From an uncultured Candidatus Rokubacteria bacterium (GTDB taxonomy: Bacteria; Methylomirabilota; Methylomirabilia; Rokubacteriales; DASRDR01), in NCBI GenBank assembly GCA_963805625.1, contig CAWDVE010000010.1, positions 1,568,001 to 1,632,000 on the forward strand: a stretch of 64,000 bases of DNA. Reading direction: 5' to 3'. Positions 50,356-58,236 of this stretch are shown here, in pieces (position 1 is the stretch's first letter; each line of letters starts with the position of its first letter). The position numbers and the translations under genes were made by a program. The notes under the pieces are model-generated. The model searched no databases, was not told the DNA's origin, and saw nothing but the letters and a program-made list of their open reading frames with translations.

Positions 50356-51825
50356 ATGATCATCCACGTGAATCACATGGGACCCGGGGGATCCGGGCCC
50401 GCGGCCGTCGACGCGCGGGCCGCCGAGGTCGTCCGCACCCTCCTCGGGCTCGTCGCGGCCGGCCACGGGGATCCACGCCTCCTGCCAAGCCTCCGGGTCC
50501 ACCTGGACTGGATCCAGTACCGCGCCAACTTCCGCGAGCCGATCCTCGTCCGGCGGGCGGCCGACCGCTCCGGAGGACCGCTGGCGCTAGCGGAGCTCGC
50601 CGTGGATCTCCGCCGCGTCGACACTCACGCCCTGAGCGAGGCGCTCGCGCGGGCGCTCGGCGGAGTCGCCGACGCGCCGGAGAGCGGCCCGGACGGTGCG
50701 GCGGCTCTCGAGACGTGGACGCCCGTCCGCGACAGCGTGATCTGGCGGTTCAACCGGCTCTTCTGGCAGCGGGTCGCGGACTGGGAGGCCGCCTCGGGCC
50801 GCCGCTTCGAGGAGGCCCTCCCCAGCGGACGATCGGACGCCAGCCACCCCGAGGCGGTCGCGGACTCGGTCGCCGACTTCTGGACGCTCCTGCGCGACCT
50901 CGAGAAGAAGGGCCACCTCCCGCCCGAGATCTTCGCGCTCGAGATCGGCGTGGGCTCCGGCCAGCGCGCGGCGCTCTGGCTCGACCGGTTCCGCTCGCTC
51001 GACGAGGAGCGCGGGACGAGCTACTACCCTCGCCTCCGCTTCCTCCTGGGGGACTACTCCCTGCCCACCCTCGACCGGGCGATGGTCGCGGTCGCCGCGC
51101 ACCGGGACCTCGTGAGCGTGATCGCGCTCGACGCGCTCAACCCGCTCAAGACGCTCTCGTTCCTGCGCTACAAGATCCTCTCCATCCACCTCACGAACGT
51201 CTACGACAACCTGCCCCACGACGAGGTGGTGCGCCGCGACGGCCGGCTGTACCTGGTCGAGACCCGCGGGTACATGCCCCGCGACGCCGCGGCTCGCGTC
51301 GCCGCGATCGCCGGGTGCCCCGTCGGCGACCTCTCGCAGACCATCGAGCAGCTGCTCCGGGTCGGACCGGAGGCGCTCGGCGACCGCGCACGGGGCGTGG
51401 AGTTCTGGCGGGCCGCGTGGGACGCGCTGCGCCTGGAGGAGCGGCTGGTGGGGCTCGAGGACGTCTCCCAGGTGCCGCTGCCGCCGGGGCTCGATCAGAG
51501 CCATCTCGAGGACCTCCTGGCCGACGCGCCCGACGACGTGCGCTTTCACCTCTCGCGCGGCGCGGCCGAGAGCTTCGTCCACACCGTGCCGCTCCTGCAT
51601 CCGCGCGGATATCTGCAGGTGCAGGACATCTTCGTCGCCGACATGCACGAGTACCGGCAGGGGTTCCGGGGGCCAGGAAAGCTCGACGGCTCGGTGGTGA
51701 ACTGGGTCAACGGCGCCCTGCTGCGCGCCATCGGCGCGCGGACGGGGTTCGACGTGCACTTCGCGCCGTTCCGCTATCGCCCGGGGTCGCGGACGTCGAT
51801 CCTCTACACGACACCGCGTGAGTGA
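50356..51825 (+). CDS. uncharacterised protein with a SAM-dependent methyltransferase-like domain (MidA/NDUFAF7-like)
   Basis: ALEIGVGSG glycine motif, LGDYS, TNVYDNLP; extra N-terminal region of about 120 aa. Confidence 0.7.
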   Translation: MIIHVNHMGPGGSGPAAVDARAAEVVRTLLGLVAAGHGDPRLLPSLRVHLDWIQYRANFREPILVRRAADRSGGPLALAELAVDLRRVDTHALSEALARALGGVADAPESGPDGAAALETWTPVRDSVIWRFNRLFWQRVADWEAASGRRFEEALPSGRSDASHPEAVADSVADFWTLLRDLEKKGHLPPEIFALEIGVGSGQRAALWLDRFRSLDEERGTSYYPRLRFLLGDYSLPTLDRAMVAVAAHRDLVSVIALDALNPLKTLSFLRYKILSIHLTNVYDNLPHDEVVRRDGRLYLVETRGYMPRDAAARVAAIAGCPVGDLSQTIEQLLRVGPEALGDRARGVEFWRAAWDALRLEERLVGLEDVSQVPLPPGLDQSHLEDLLADAPDDVRFHLSRGAAESFVHTVPLLHPRGYLQVQDIFVADMHEYRQGFRGPGKLDGSVVNWVNGALLRAIGARTGFDVHFAPFRYRPGSRTSILYTTPRE

Positions 51826-51837
51826 AAGGGGTCAGGT

Positions 51838-52893
51838 GTGACGTTGTCTTCGCCAGCGGACTCCCGGCATGGCCCCGCAGTCTCGAAGTCAAAGCCTGAC
51901 CCTCCCCTGCTCACCGCCGTTATCGGGAGCTACTCCATGTCCGGCTGGCTCGAGCGGGCCAAGAACGACTACCTCCACCGTCGCCTCTCCCGGCACGACC
52001 TCGAGGAGATCCACGACGCGGCGGTCAAGGCGGCGATCAAGGACCAGGAGGCGGCCGGGGTCGACATCGTCTCCGACGGGGAGCTGCGCCGGGACAACAT
52101 GATCGACCATTTCACGACGCGGCTGCCCGGCGTGCAGATCGACCAGACGTCGAAGAAGTTCTACTACGACTTCTACGACTGCGTGGTCCGGGGTCGGCTG
52201 CCGACCGGGTCGCTCGGCCTCGTCGAGGAGTTCCGGTTTCTCCGGCGCTTCACCGAGCACCGCACCAAGGTGTCCGTGACGGGGCCGCTCTCGCTCGTCA
52301 AGCGCATCCGGAACGAGTACTACCCGAGCGAGGAGGCGCTCGCCCTCGACATCGCGCGAGTCATGAACGTCGAGCTCCGCGAGCTGGTGCGCGCGGGCGC
52401 CACGGACATCCAGGTCGACGAGCCGTACTACTCGGGGTTCCCCGAGGACCTGTCCTGGGCGGTGCGGGCGCTCAACGCCCTCGTCGAGGGGGTGGGGGCG
52501 CGGCTGTCCCTCCACGTCTGCTACGGGAACCGATACGGGAAGCCGTCCTGGGAGGGCAGCTACCGCTACCTGTTCCCGGCGATCCTCGACGCCCGCATCC
52601 ACCAGCTGACGCTCGAGTTCGCCCGGCGGGGCGAGGACGACGTCCGGCTCTTCAAGGACTTCGACCCCCAGTTCACGCTCGGGCTCGGCGTCGTCGACGT
52701 CAAGAGCCACGACATCGAGACGCCGGCCGTCGTCGCCGAGCGCATTCGAGCCGCCCTCGAGCTCGTGCCCGCCAAGGGGCTCGCCGTCAACCCCGACTGC
52801 GGCCTGATGCACCTTCCGCGCGACGTCGCCTTCGCGAAGCTCAACGCGATGGTGGAGGGCACTCGACTCGTGCGGGCGGAGCTCGGCGCCTGA
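51838..52893 (+). CDS. core (C-terminal domain only) cobalamin-independent methionine synthase
   Basis: VIGSY, DQE.AGVDIVSDGE.RR, TGP, IQVDEP, Zn ligands LHVCYG, LEFA, NPDCGL. Confidence 0.9.
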   Translation: MTLSSPADSRHGPAVSKSKPDPPLLTAVIGSYSMSGWLERAKNDYLHRRLSRHDLEEIHDAAVKAAIKDQEAAGVDIVSDGELRRDNMIDHFTTRLPGVQIDQTSKKFYYDFYDCVVRGRLPTGSLGLVEEFRFLRRFTEHRTKVSVTGPLSLVKRIRNEYYPSEEALALDIARVMNVELRELVRAGATDIQVDEPYYSGFPEDLSWAVRALNALVEGVGARLSLHVCYGNRYGKPSWEGSYRYLFPAILDARIHQLTLEFARRGEDDVRLFKDFDPQFTLGLGVVDVKSHDIETPAVVAERIRAALELVPAKGLAVNPDCGLMHLPRDVAFAKLNAMVEGTRLVRAELGA

Positions 52894-52986
52894 GCCCACC
52901 CCCATCACAGGCAAGGGGCCGTCCGGTCAGAGCTGTGAGCCACACGCCGAAGGACGTCTGATCAACGAGTCGTCCGGCAGGGTGGC

Positions 52987-54540
52987 GTGGTGAGCCCCGC
53001 CCCGGCGACGCCCGGACCGCCCAACCCGCTCGCCGAGGCGCTCGGCTCCGGCCGCTTCTGCTACGTGGTCGAGCTGGTCGCCTCCGGGCTCCAGCGCGAG
53101 GCGAAGCTCCTCGAGGTGGCCTCGCGGCTGGCGCGGGTCCCGGATGTCGTCGCCGGCAGCATCACGAGCTACGCCGGCGGCGCGATGGGACACGATCCGA
53201 TGCGGGTGGGCACCGCCGCGCGGGCGCGGGGGCTCACGCCCAACGTCCACGTCACGTGCGTCGGACAGGACCGCGCGGGCATCCGGAAGACGCTGGAGGA
53301 CCTCCAGGCGCTCGGCATCGAGAACGTCTTCGCGCTCACCGGCGACTGGCCGCGGGCGCGGCCCGGCGGTCCCCCGCCCGAATCTCCCGTCTTCGACCTC
53401 GATTCCGTCCACCTGGTCCATCTGATCGACGAGCTGCGCCGGTCGGGCCGGCCCTTCCACGTCGCGGTCGCCGTGTCCCCGTTCAAGTACATGGAGGGCG
53501 ACTGCGTCTGGCAGTACGTGAAGCTCGAGAAGAAGGTCGCCGCCGGCGCCGACTGCGCGATCACGCAGGTGGGGTGGGACTCGGAGAAGTTCCGGGAGCT
53601 CAAGCGCTATCTCGAGGAGCGCGGTCTCCGGACCCCGGTGCTCGGCAACGTCTACGTCCTGGGTCCGCGCGCCGCCGAGCGGATGGCGCGAGGCGAGCCG
53701 CCGGGGTGCTGGGTGTCCCCGGAGCTTCTCCAGATCGTGCGGCAGGAAGCGCGGGGCAAGGACGGCGGGCTCCGGGCCCGCCTCGAGCGCGCCGCGCGCA
53801 CGGTCGCAGTGCTACGCGGGCTCGGGTACGCCGGCGCCTACCTCGGCGGCACGCACGACGCCGACCACGTCGCCTGGATCATCCGGCGAGCGCGGGACCT
53901 CGCGCCGAGGTGGGAGGAGCTGGCGGGGGAGCTCCGCTACGGCGCGGCGGGCGGCTTCTACCTCTACGGCCGGCCGCCGGCCCGGACCGTGGTCCCGGTG
54001 GACGGCGCTCGGCCGGCGTCGCCGGAGCCGGTCCCGGGCTCGAAGCGCCTGGCCGTCCCCACGGACGAGGAGGCAGCGTGGCGTCGCGGAATCGCCCGCC
54101 TGCTCGACGGCCTGGGCCGGCTGTTCCCGGTCACGCGAGATACGGTGCTCCGGCGGGTGCTCGCCGGCCTGGCCAGCTGGGCGGACCGACGTCCGGGCAT
54201 CGCTCAGGCCGTCGAGAAGCTCGAGCTGGCGGTCAAGCAGCCGCTCTTCGGGTGCCAGGCCTGCGGCAACTGCGTCCTGGGCCACCTCGAGTACGTGTGC
54301 CCGGAGACCTGCCCCAAGCACCTCCGGAACGGCCCCTGCGGCGGGACCTACCTCGGGCACTGCGAGGTGGTCGACCAGCCGTGTGTGTGGGTCGGCGTCC
54401 ACGCGCGCGCCCACGCCGCGGGTCGCGAGCGGGATCTCAGCGTCTACGTCCCGCCGCCTGACCGCACGCTCCGGGGCACCAGCTCCTGGATCAACTACCT
54501 CCTCGACCGCGACAGCCGTCCCCGCACGAAGCTTCTTTGA
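52987..54540 (+). CDS. methylenetetrahydrofolate reductase fused to a C-terminal Cys-rich MetV-like domain
   Basis: VVELV, HVTC, ALTGD, KKVAAGAD.AITQ; CQACGNC...CPETCPK.LRNGPCGG...CEV...CVW. Confidence 0.9.
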   Translation: MVSPAPATPGPPNPLAEALGSGRFCYVVELVASGLQREAKLLEVASRLARVPDVVAGSITSYAGGAMGHDPMRVGTAARARGLTPNVHVTCVGQDRAGIRKTLEDLQALGIENVFALTGDWPRARPGGPPPESPVFDLDSVHLVHLIDELRRSGRPFHVAVAVSPFKYMEGDCVWQYVKLEKKVAAGADCAITQVGWDSEKFRELKRYLEERGLRTPVLGNVYVLGPRAAERMARGEPPGCWVSPELLQIVRQEARGKDGGLRARLERAARTVAVLRGLGYAGAYLGGTHDADHVAWIIRRARDLAPRWEELAGELRYGAAGGFYLYGRPPARTVVPVDGARPASPEPVPGSKRLAVPTDEEAAWRRGIARLLDGLGRLFPVTRDTVLRRVLAGLASWADRRPGIAQAVEKLELAVKQPLFGCQACGNCVLGHLEYVCPETCPKHLRNGPCGGTYLGHCEVVDQPCVWVGVHARAHAAGRERDLSVYVPPPDRTLRGTSSWINYLLDRDSRPRTKLL

Positions 54541-54552
54541 CGTGGAGGCGCG

Positions 54553-55260
54553 TCATTTGACGAACAGGGGGCTTCCGACCACAGTTACAGCCTCCGCGCG
54601 CGCCCTGGTCATGTCCGAGAAGGCCCTGTCGAGATCGGCGGGACCCCGCGCCTCAACGACTTGAAGTCGCACCCCCAGCGCCCGCGCCGCGACTTCTGCT
54701 TCCTTCAGCATGTCCTTCTCCGTGCGTTCGCCGGAGCCACCTGGCTGCCAGAGGACAGCAACCCGACTCACCCCCGGAACGGCCTGCCTGAGCAGGTCCA
54801 GAGACTTGCCGGGCAACCCCAGGGCGAGGTTGGACAACCCCGTGACATTGCCGCCCGGCCGCGCAAGGCTGGTGACGAGCCCGTCCGTAACCGGATCAAC
54901 AGCACCAGCGAAGACGATGGGGACGGTCCTGGTCGCGTGCTTGGCGGCCTGAGCGGCGACGGTACTTGGGGCCACAATGACATCAACCTCGAGGGCAACC
55001 AGTTCGGCTGCAAGAGCCGGGAGCCGCTCGGGCTTTCCCTCGGCATCTCGGTATTCGATCACGAGGTTGCGGCTCTCGACGTAGCCAAGGTCACGCAACC
55101 CTTGGACGAAGAAGGTCTCTAGCAGATCGCCACTAGCGGCCCGGTTTTGCGCCAGGACGCCGATTCGAGCGATCTTGGTCGCCCGCTGGGCCTCGACGGC
55201 AACTGGCGCCGCGAGGAGGCCGACACTCAGGGTGACGATGAGGATGAGTGAGGCCATCAT
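54553..55260 (-). pseudogene. C-terminally truncated ABC substrate-binding protein
   Basis: GLRDLGYVE..N..IEYR.AEG, DPV..GLV.SLARPGGNVTG; stops abruptly at SPLFVK (235 aa), lacking the usual last third. Confidence 0.75.
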
Positions 55261-55396
55261 GGTTCCCCTCCGGTGCGATGCCGTGACGTCTCACCATAGC
55301 TCGGGTCCCCGCTGCCCAGCAGGCACGATTCCAGTCATCGCCCGGGAGGATTGATCTAGACTTCGGCGCGACGCGACGGCGCCGGGGGGAGCCCCC

Positions 55397-55495
55397 CGGG
55401 AACTTCAGCGTCTTGAACTGGGCCCACGAGAGCGGGGTGTCGTTGGAGACGTGAAGCCGGGCGCAGATCTTGGTCACGCCGAGGTCGTCCAGGAG
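55397..55495 (-). mobile_element. degenerate IS3-family transposase fragment
   Basis: LLDDLGVTKICARLHVSNDTPLSWAQFKTLKFP resembles the LGVTK.HSRP.VSNDNP.SEAQFKTLKY region around the catalytic Glu (recalled similarity). Confidence 0.6.
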
Positions 55496-55520
55496 TCTGT
55501 GGCCTCCCGGCGGGCTCGTG

Positions 55521-56612
55521 CTACGTCGCGCTACCGTCCTCGCCGACTTCCCGGGCGAACTCCCGCCGCTGCGCCTCTACCTCCGCCGGCCTCTCGGCGT
55601 AGACGTAGTCGAACATGTCGAGGGGGCGCGCCGCCTGCATGCGCGCCTCGGCGCGCTCGATGGCCGCGCGCACCTCGGCATCCACCTCCACCTCGAACCG
55701 GGCATGAAGCGCGTCATCGACGAGACCCTTCACCTCGAGATATCGGCGGAGGCGCGGGAGCGGCTCCCGCGCCTCCCACGCCTTGACCTCCGCCTCATCG
55801 CGGTACTTCTTCGGGTCGTCGGCCGTCGAGTGACCCGTCAGGCGGTACGTCACGGCCTCGATGAGCGTGGGCCCGCCGCCTTCGCGGGCGCGCGCCACCG
55901 CCTCGCGCGTGACCGCCACCATGGCCAGGAGGTCGTTCCCGTCCGCCTGCACGCCCGGGAAGCCGTAGGCGAGCGCGCGGTGCGCGAGCGTCCTCGCGCG
56001 AGTCTGCCGCGACCGCGGCATGGAGATCGCCCACTGATTATTGACGCACACGAAGACGATGGGCGCCTGGAAGACGCCCGCGAAGTTCATGGCCTCCTGG
56101 GTGATCCCCTCGGAGCTGGCCCCGTCGCCGAAGTAGCAGAGCACGACGCTGTCCTCCCGCCGGGCCCGGGCGGCACACGCCAGCCCGACCGCGTGAGGGA
56201 CGTGAGTGCCCATCGGAACGCAGACTGGGAGATCCCGGATGCCGGCGGGAACGGAAGTACCCTCCGTCAGACCCGCGTAGAGGAGGATGAGGTTCTCGAG
56301 CGGCCAGCCCCGCCAGACATAGGCGGCCCACTCGCGCCAGACGGGAACGAGCCAGTCGGTCGCGCGCAGAGGGTAGACGCTGCCGAGCACCGCAGCCTCG
56401 TGCCCGCGGGCCGGCAGGTAGGTGCCGATCCGGCCCTGTCGCTGGAGGAAGAGCATGCGCTCGTCGAACCGGCGCGCGAGGAGAAAGGTGCGGTAGAGCC
56501 GTCGCAGGTCGTCGGGGGGAATCAGCGGCTCGAGGTCACGGTCCAGCCGCCCCTCCTCGTCGAGGATCGAGAGGGCGTCGATCGGATCGAGGTCGATACG
56601 CTGGCGCGGCAT
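55521..56612 (-). CDS. pdhA: pyruvate/2-oxoacid dehydrogenase E1 alpha subunit
   Basis: LQRQGRIG, TPP motif GDGASSEG...NNQWAIS, TYRL..HSTADDP. Confidence 0.9.
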   Translation of the reverse strand: MPRQRIDLDPIDALSILDEEGRLDRDLEPLIPPDDLRRLYRTFLLARRFDERMLFLQRQGRIGTYLPARGHEAAVLGSVYPLRATDWLVPVWREWAAYVWRGWPLENLILLYAGLTEGTSVPAGIRDLPVCVPMGTHVPHAVGLACAARARREDSVVLCYFGDGASSEGITQEAMNFAGVFQAPIVFVCVNNQWAISMPRSRQTRARTLAHRALAYGFPGVQADGNDLLAMVAVTREAVARAREGGGPTLIEAVTYRLTGHSTADDPKKYRDEAEVKAWEAREPLPRLRRYLEVKGLVDDALHARFEVEVDAEVRAAIERAEARMQAARPLDMFDYVYAERPAEVEAQRREFAREVGEDGSAT

Positions 56613-56615
56613 GCT

Positions 56616-57464
56616 CTACGGCTCGACGGGTACGTCGTCGCGACCACCCCACTCGGTCCAGGACCCGTCGTAGACGGCGACGTCCGGCCGGCCGACGAGA
56701 TCGAGCCCGAGGGCGAGGACGCAGGCCGTCACCCCGGAGCCGCACGACGTCACGATGGGCCGGTCGAGATCGACACGGGCCGCCTCGAACACCCTGCGGA
56801 GGTCGTCCCGCGGGAGCAACGTCCCGTCCGGCCGGAAGAGCCGATCGTAGGGCACGTTCAGGCTCCCGGGGATGTGCCCCCCGCGGAGGCCGGGACGCGG
56901 TTCGGGCTCGGTCCCCGCGAAGCGGCCGGCCGATCGGGCGTCCACGACCTGCGCGAGCCCTGTCGTGAGGTTTCTGCGCACGCCATCGAGGTCGGTCACC
57001 AGCTCTGGATGGAGGCGCGGCGTGAAGTGGCGGCGCACCGGGCTCGGCTCTCCCGCCTCGACAGGCCGGCCCTCCTCCCGCCATCGTGGGAAGCCACCGT
57101 CGAGGATGGCCACGCGCTCGTGTCCAAACACGCGGAAGGTCCACCACACGCGCGCCGAGGCGGACAGGTACTTCCCGGCGTAGACGACCACCCGGTCACC
57201 ATCACCGATCCCCAGGGCACCCACCGCCTGACCGAATGTGACCGCATCGGGCAGCATGTGGGGGAGCCCTGACGTCCGATCGGAGATCGCGTCGATGTCG
57301 AAGTAGACGGCGCCGGGGACGTGGGCCTGGCCGAACTCCGACCGCGCGTCGCGCTTGAGGGTGGGCAGGTACCAGGTCGCGTCAACGACCCGGAGGCCCG
57401 CCTCGCCGAGGTGCTCGGCGAGCCACGCCGTGCTCACCAGCGGGCCAAAGCTCGCGTCCATCAT
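56616..57464 (-). CDS. sseA: 3-mercaptopyruvate sulfurtransferase (tandem rhodanese)
   Basis: LVSTAWL, HVPGA, DARS..RF, GHIPG, active site CGSGVTA, YDGSWTEW. Confidence 0.94.
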   Translation of the reverse strand: MMDASFGPLVSTAWLAEHLGEAGLRVVDATWYLPTLKRDARSEFGQAHVPGAVYFDIDAISDRTSGLPHMLPDAVTFGQAVGALGIGDGDRVVVYAGKYLSASARVWWTFRVFGHERVAILDGGFPRWREEGRPVEAGEPSPVRRHFTPRLHPELVTDLDGVRRNLTTGLAQVVDARSAGRFAGTEPEPRPGLRGGHIPGSLNVPYDRLFRPDGTLLPRDDLRRVFEAARVDLDRPIVTSCGSGVTACVLALGLDLVGRPDVAVYDGSWTEWGGRDDVPVEP

Positions 57465-57561
57465 GGTCTACGTTTCCCGGCACGACGGGTCACGGTTCGA
57501 TTATGGCACGCTGCGCGGGTGCACCGGGGTTCCCGCGAGGCCGACGCGGACAACGGCAGCC

Positions 57562-58236
57562 CTACTCGGCCGGCTCGGCGTGGAGCAGGCCTCCAAACAT
57601 CCGGCGACCCAGCTCGAACGCCTCGGCGAGAACGAGCCCCGCCCCGTCACCGTCCGGCGTGTCGCGGCGCCACTCCGCGAGCTCCTCTTCCGACCGGAAG
57701 AAGTTGAGGCGGGTTCAGAGGAAGCTCGAGAGCCGGTCGCCACCCCATCGGCTCCGCTCGACCCACGTGAGGCTTCCGGAGGGCGCCCGGCAGGGACCGG
57801 CCACCGGATCGACGTCGAAGACCAGTGGCGCACCGCTCCGGTGGCAGCGCGACCGGAGCGTCACCGGGCTCCCCACCATCGGCGCCACGCCGAGGGCGTC
57901 GATCGCACAGCACGCGTAGCGCGCCCGGCCACCAGGAAGCACCACCTCGAAGTCGTTCCGCTCGGCGGTGAACGGGTACGCGAGCGTGACCTGGTCTCCG
58001 TCCAGCCCGATCAGGTCCGCGGCATCAAGCGCCGCCGCTCGCGCCCGGAGAGCTTCCGGCGTGAGTCCCGGGATGGCCCGCGACGCCGCCTCGAGGGCAA
58101 CCGGTCCGCCGGCCGCGACGAACTCCCGCCAGATGGCCCGGAGCAGCGGATCATCCCGTTGCGCCCGCCGAGCCGCCCACTCCCCCGCCCGCTCGGGCGT
58201 GAGGATCTCGGCAGCGGTCCGGATCTCGACTCTCAC
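57562..58236 (-). CDS. MerB-like (organomercurial lyase family) selenoprotein, about 224 aa with TGA read-through at 57717-57715
   Basis: AYPF, YACCAIDALG (C-x-x-D), SRC..SG, SSFL-TGA-TRLNFFRSEEELAEW...LAEAFELGRRMFG-stop; GTGA overlap with the anti-sigma stop. Confidence 0.86.
57684..57717 (-). other. Sec codon plus candidate SECIS
   Basis: TGA acccgcctcaa CTTCTTCC-GGTC-GGAAGAGG. Confidence 0.75.

Noticed and set aside
54553-54555. TGA ending the truncated binding protein as another Sec codon
   Set aside because: Not a Cys position, no CAA-hairpin, and no homologous sequence continues after it
4016-57717. Treating the four TGA-interrupted genes as pseudogenes or as evidence of a reassigned genetic code
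   Set aside because: Each TGA is at a catalytic Cys position with a following hairpin and no other lesions; TGA is a normal stop in many other genes here, and Trp is encoded by TGG
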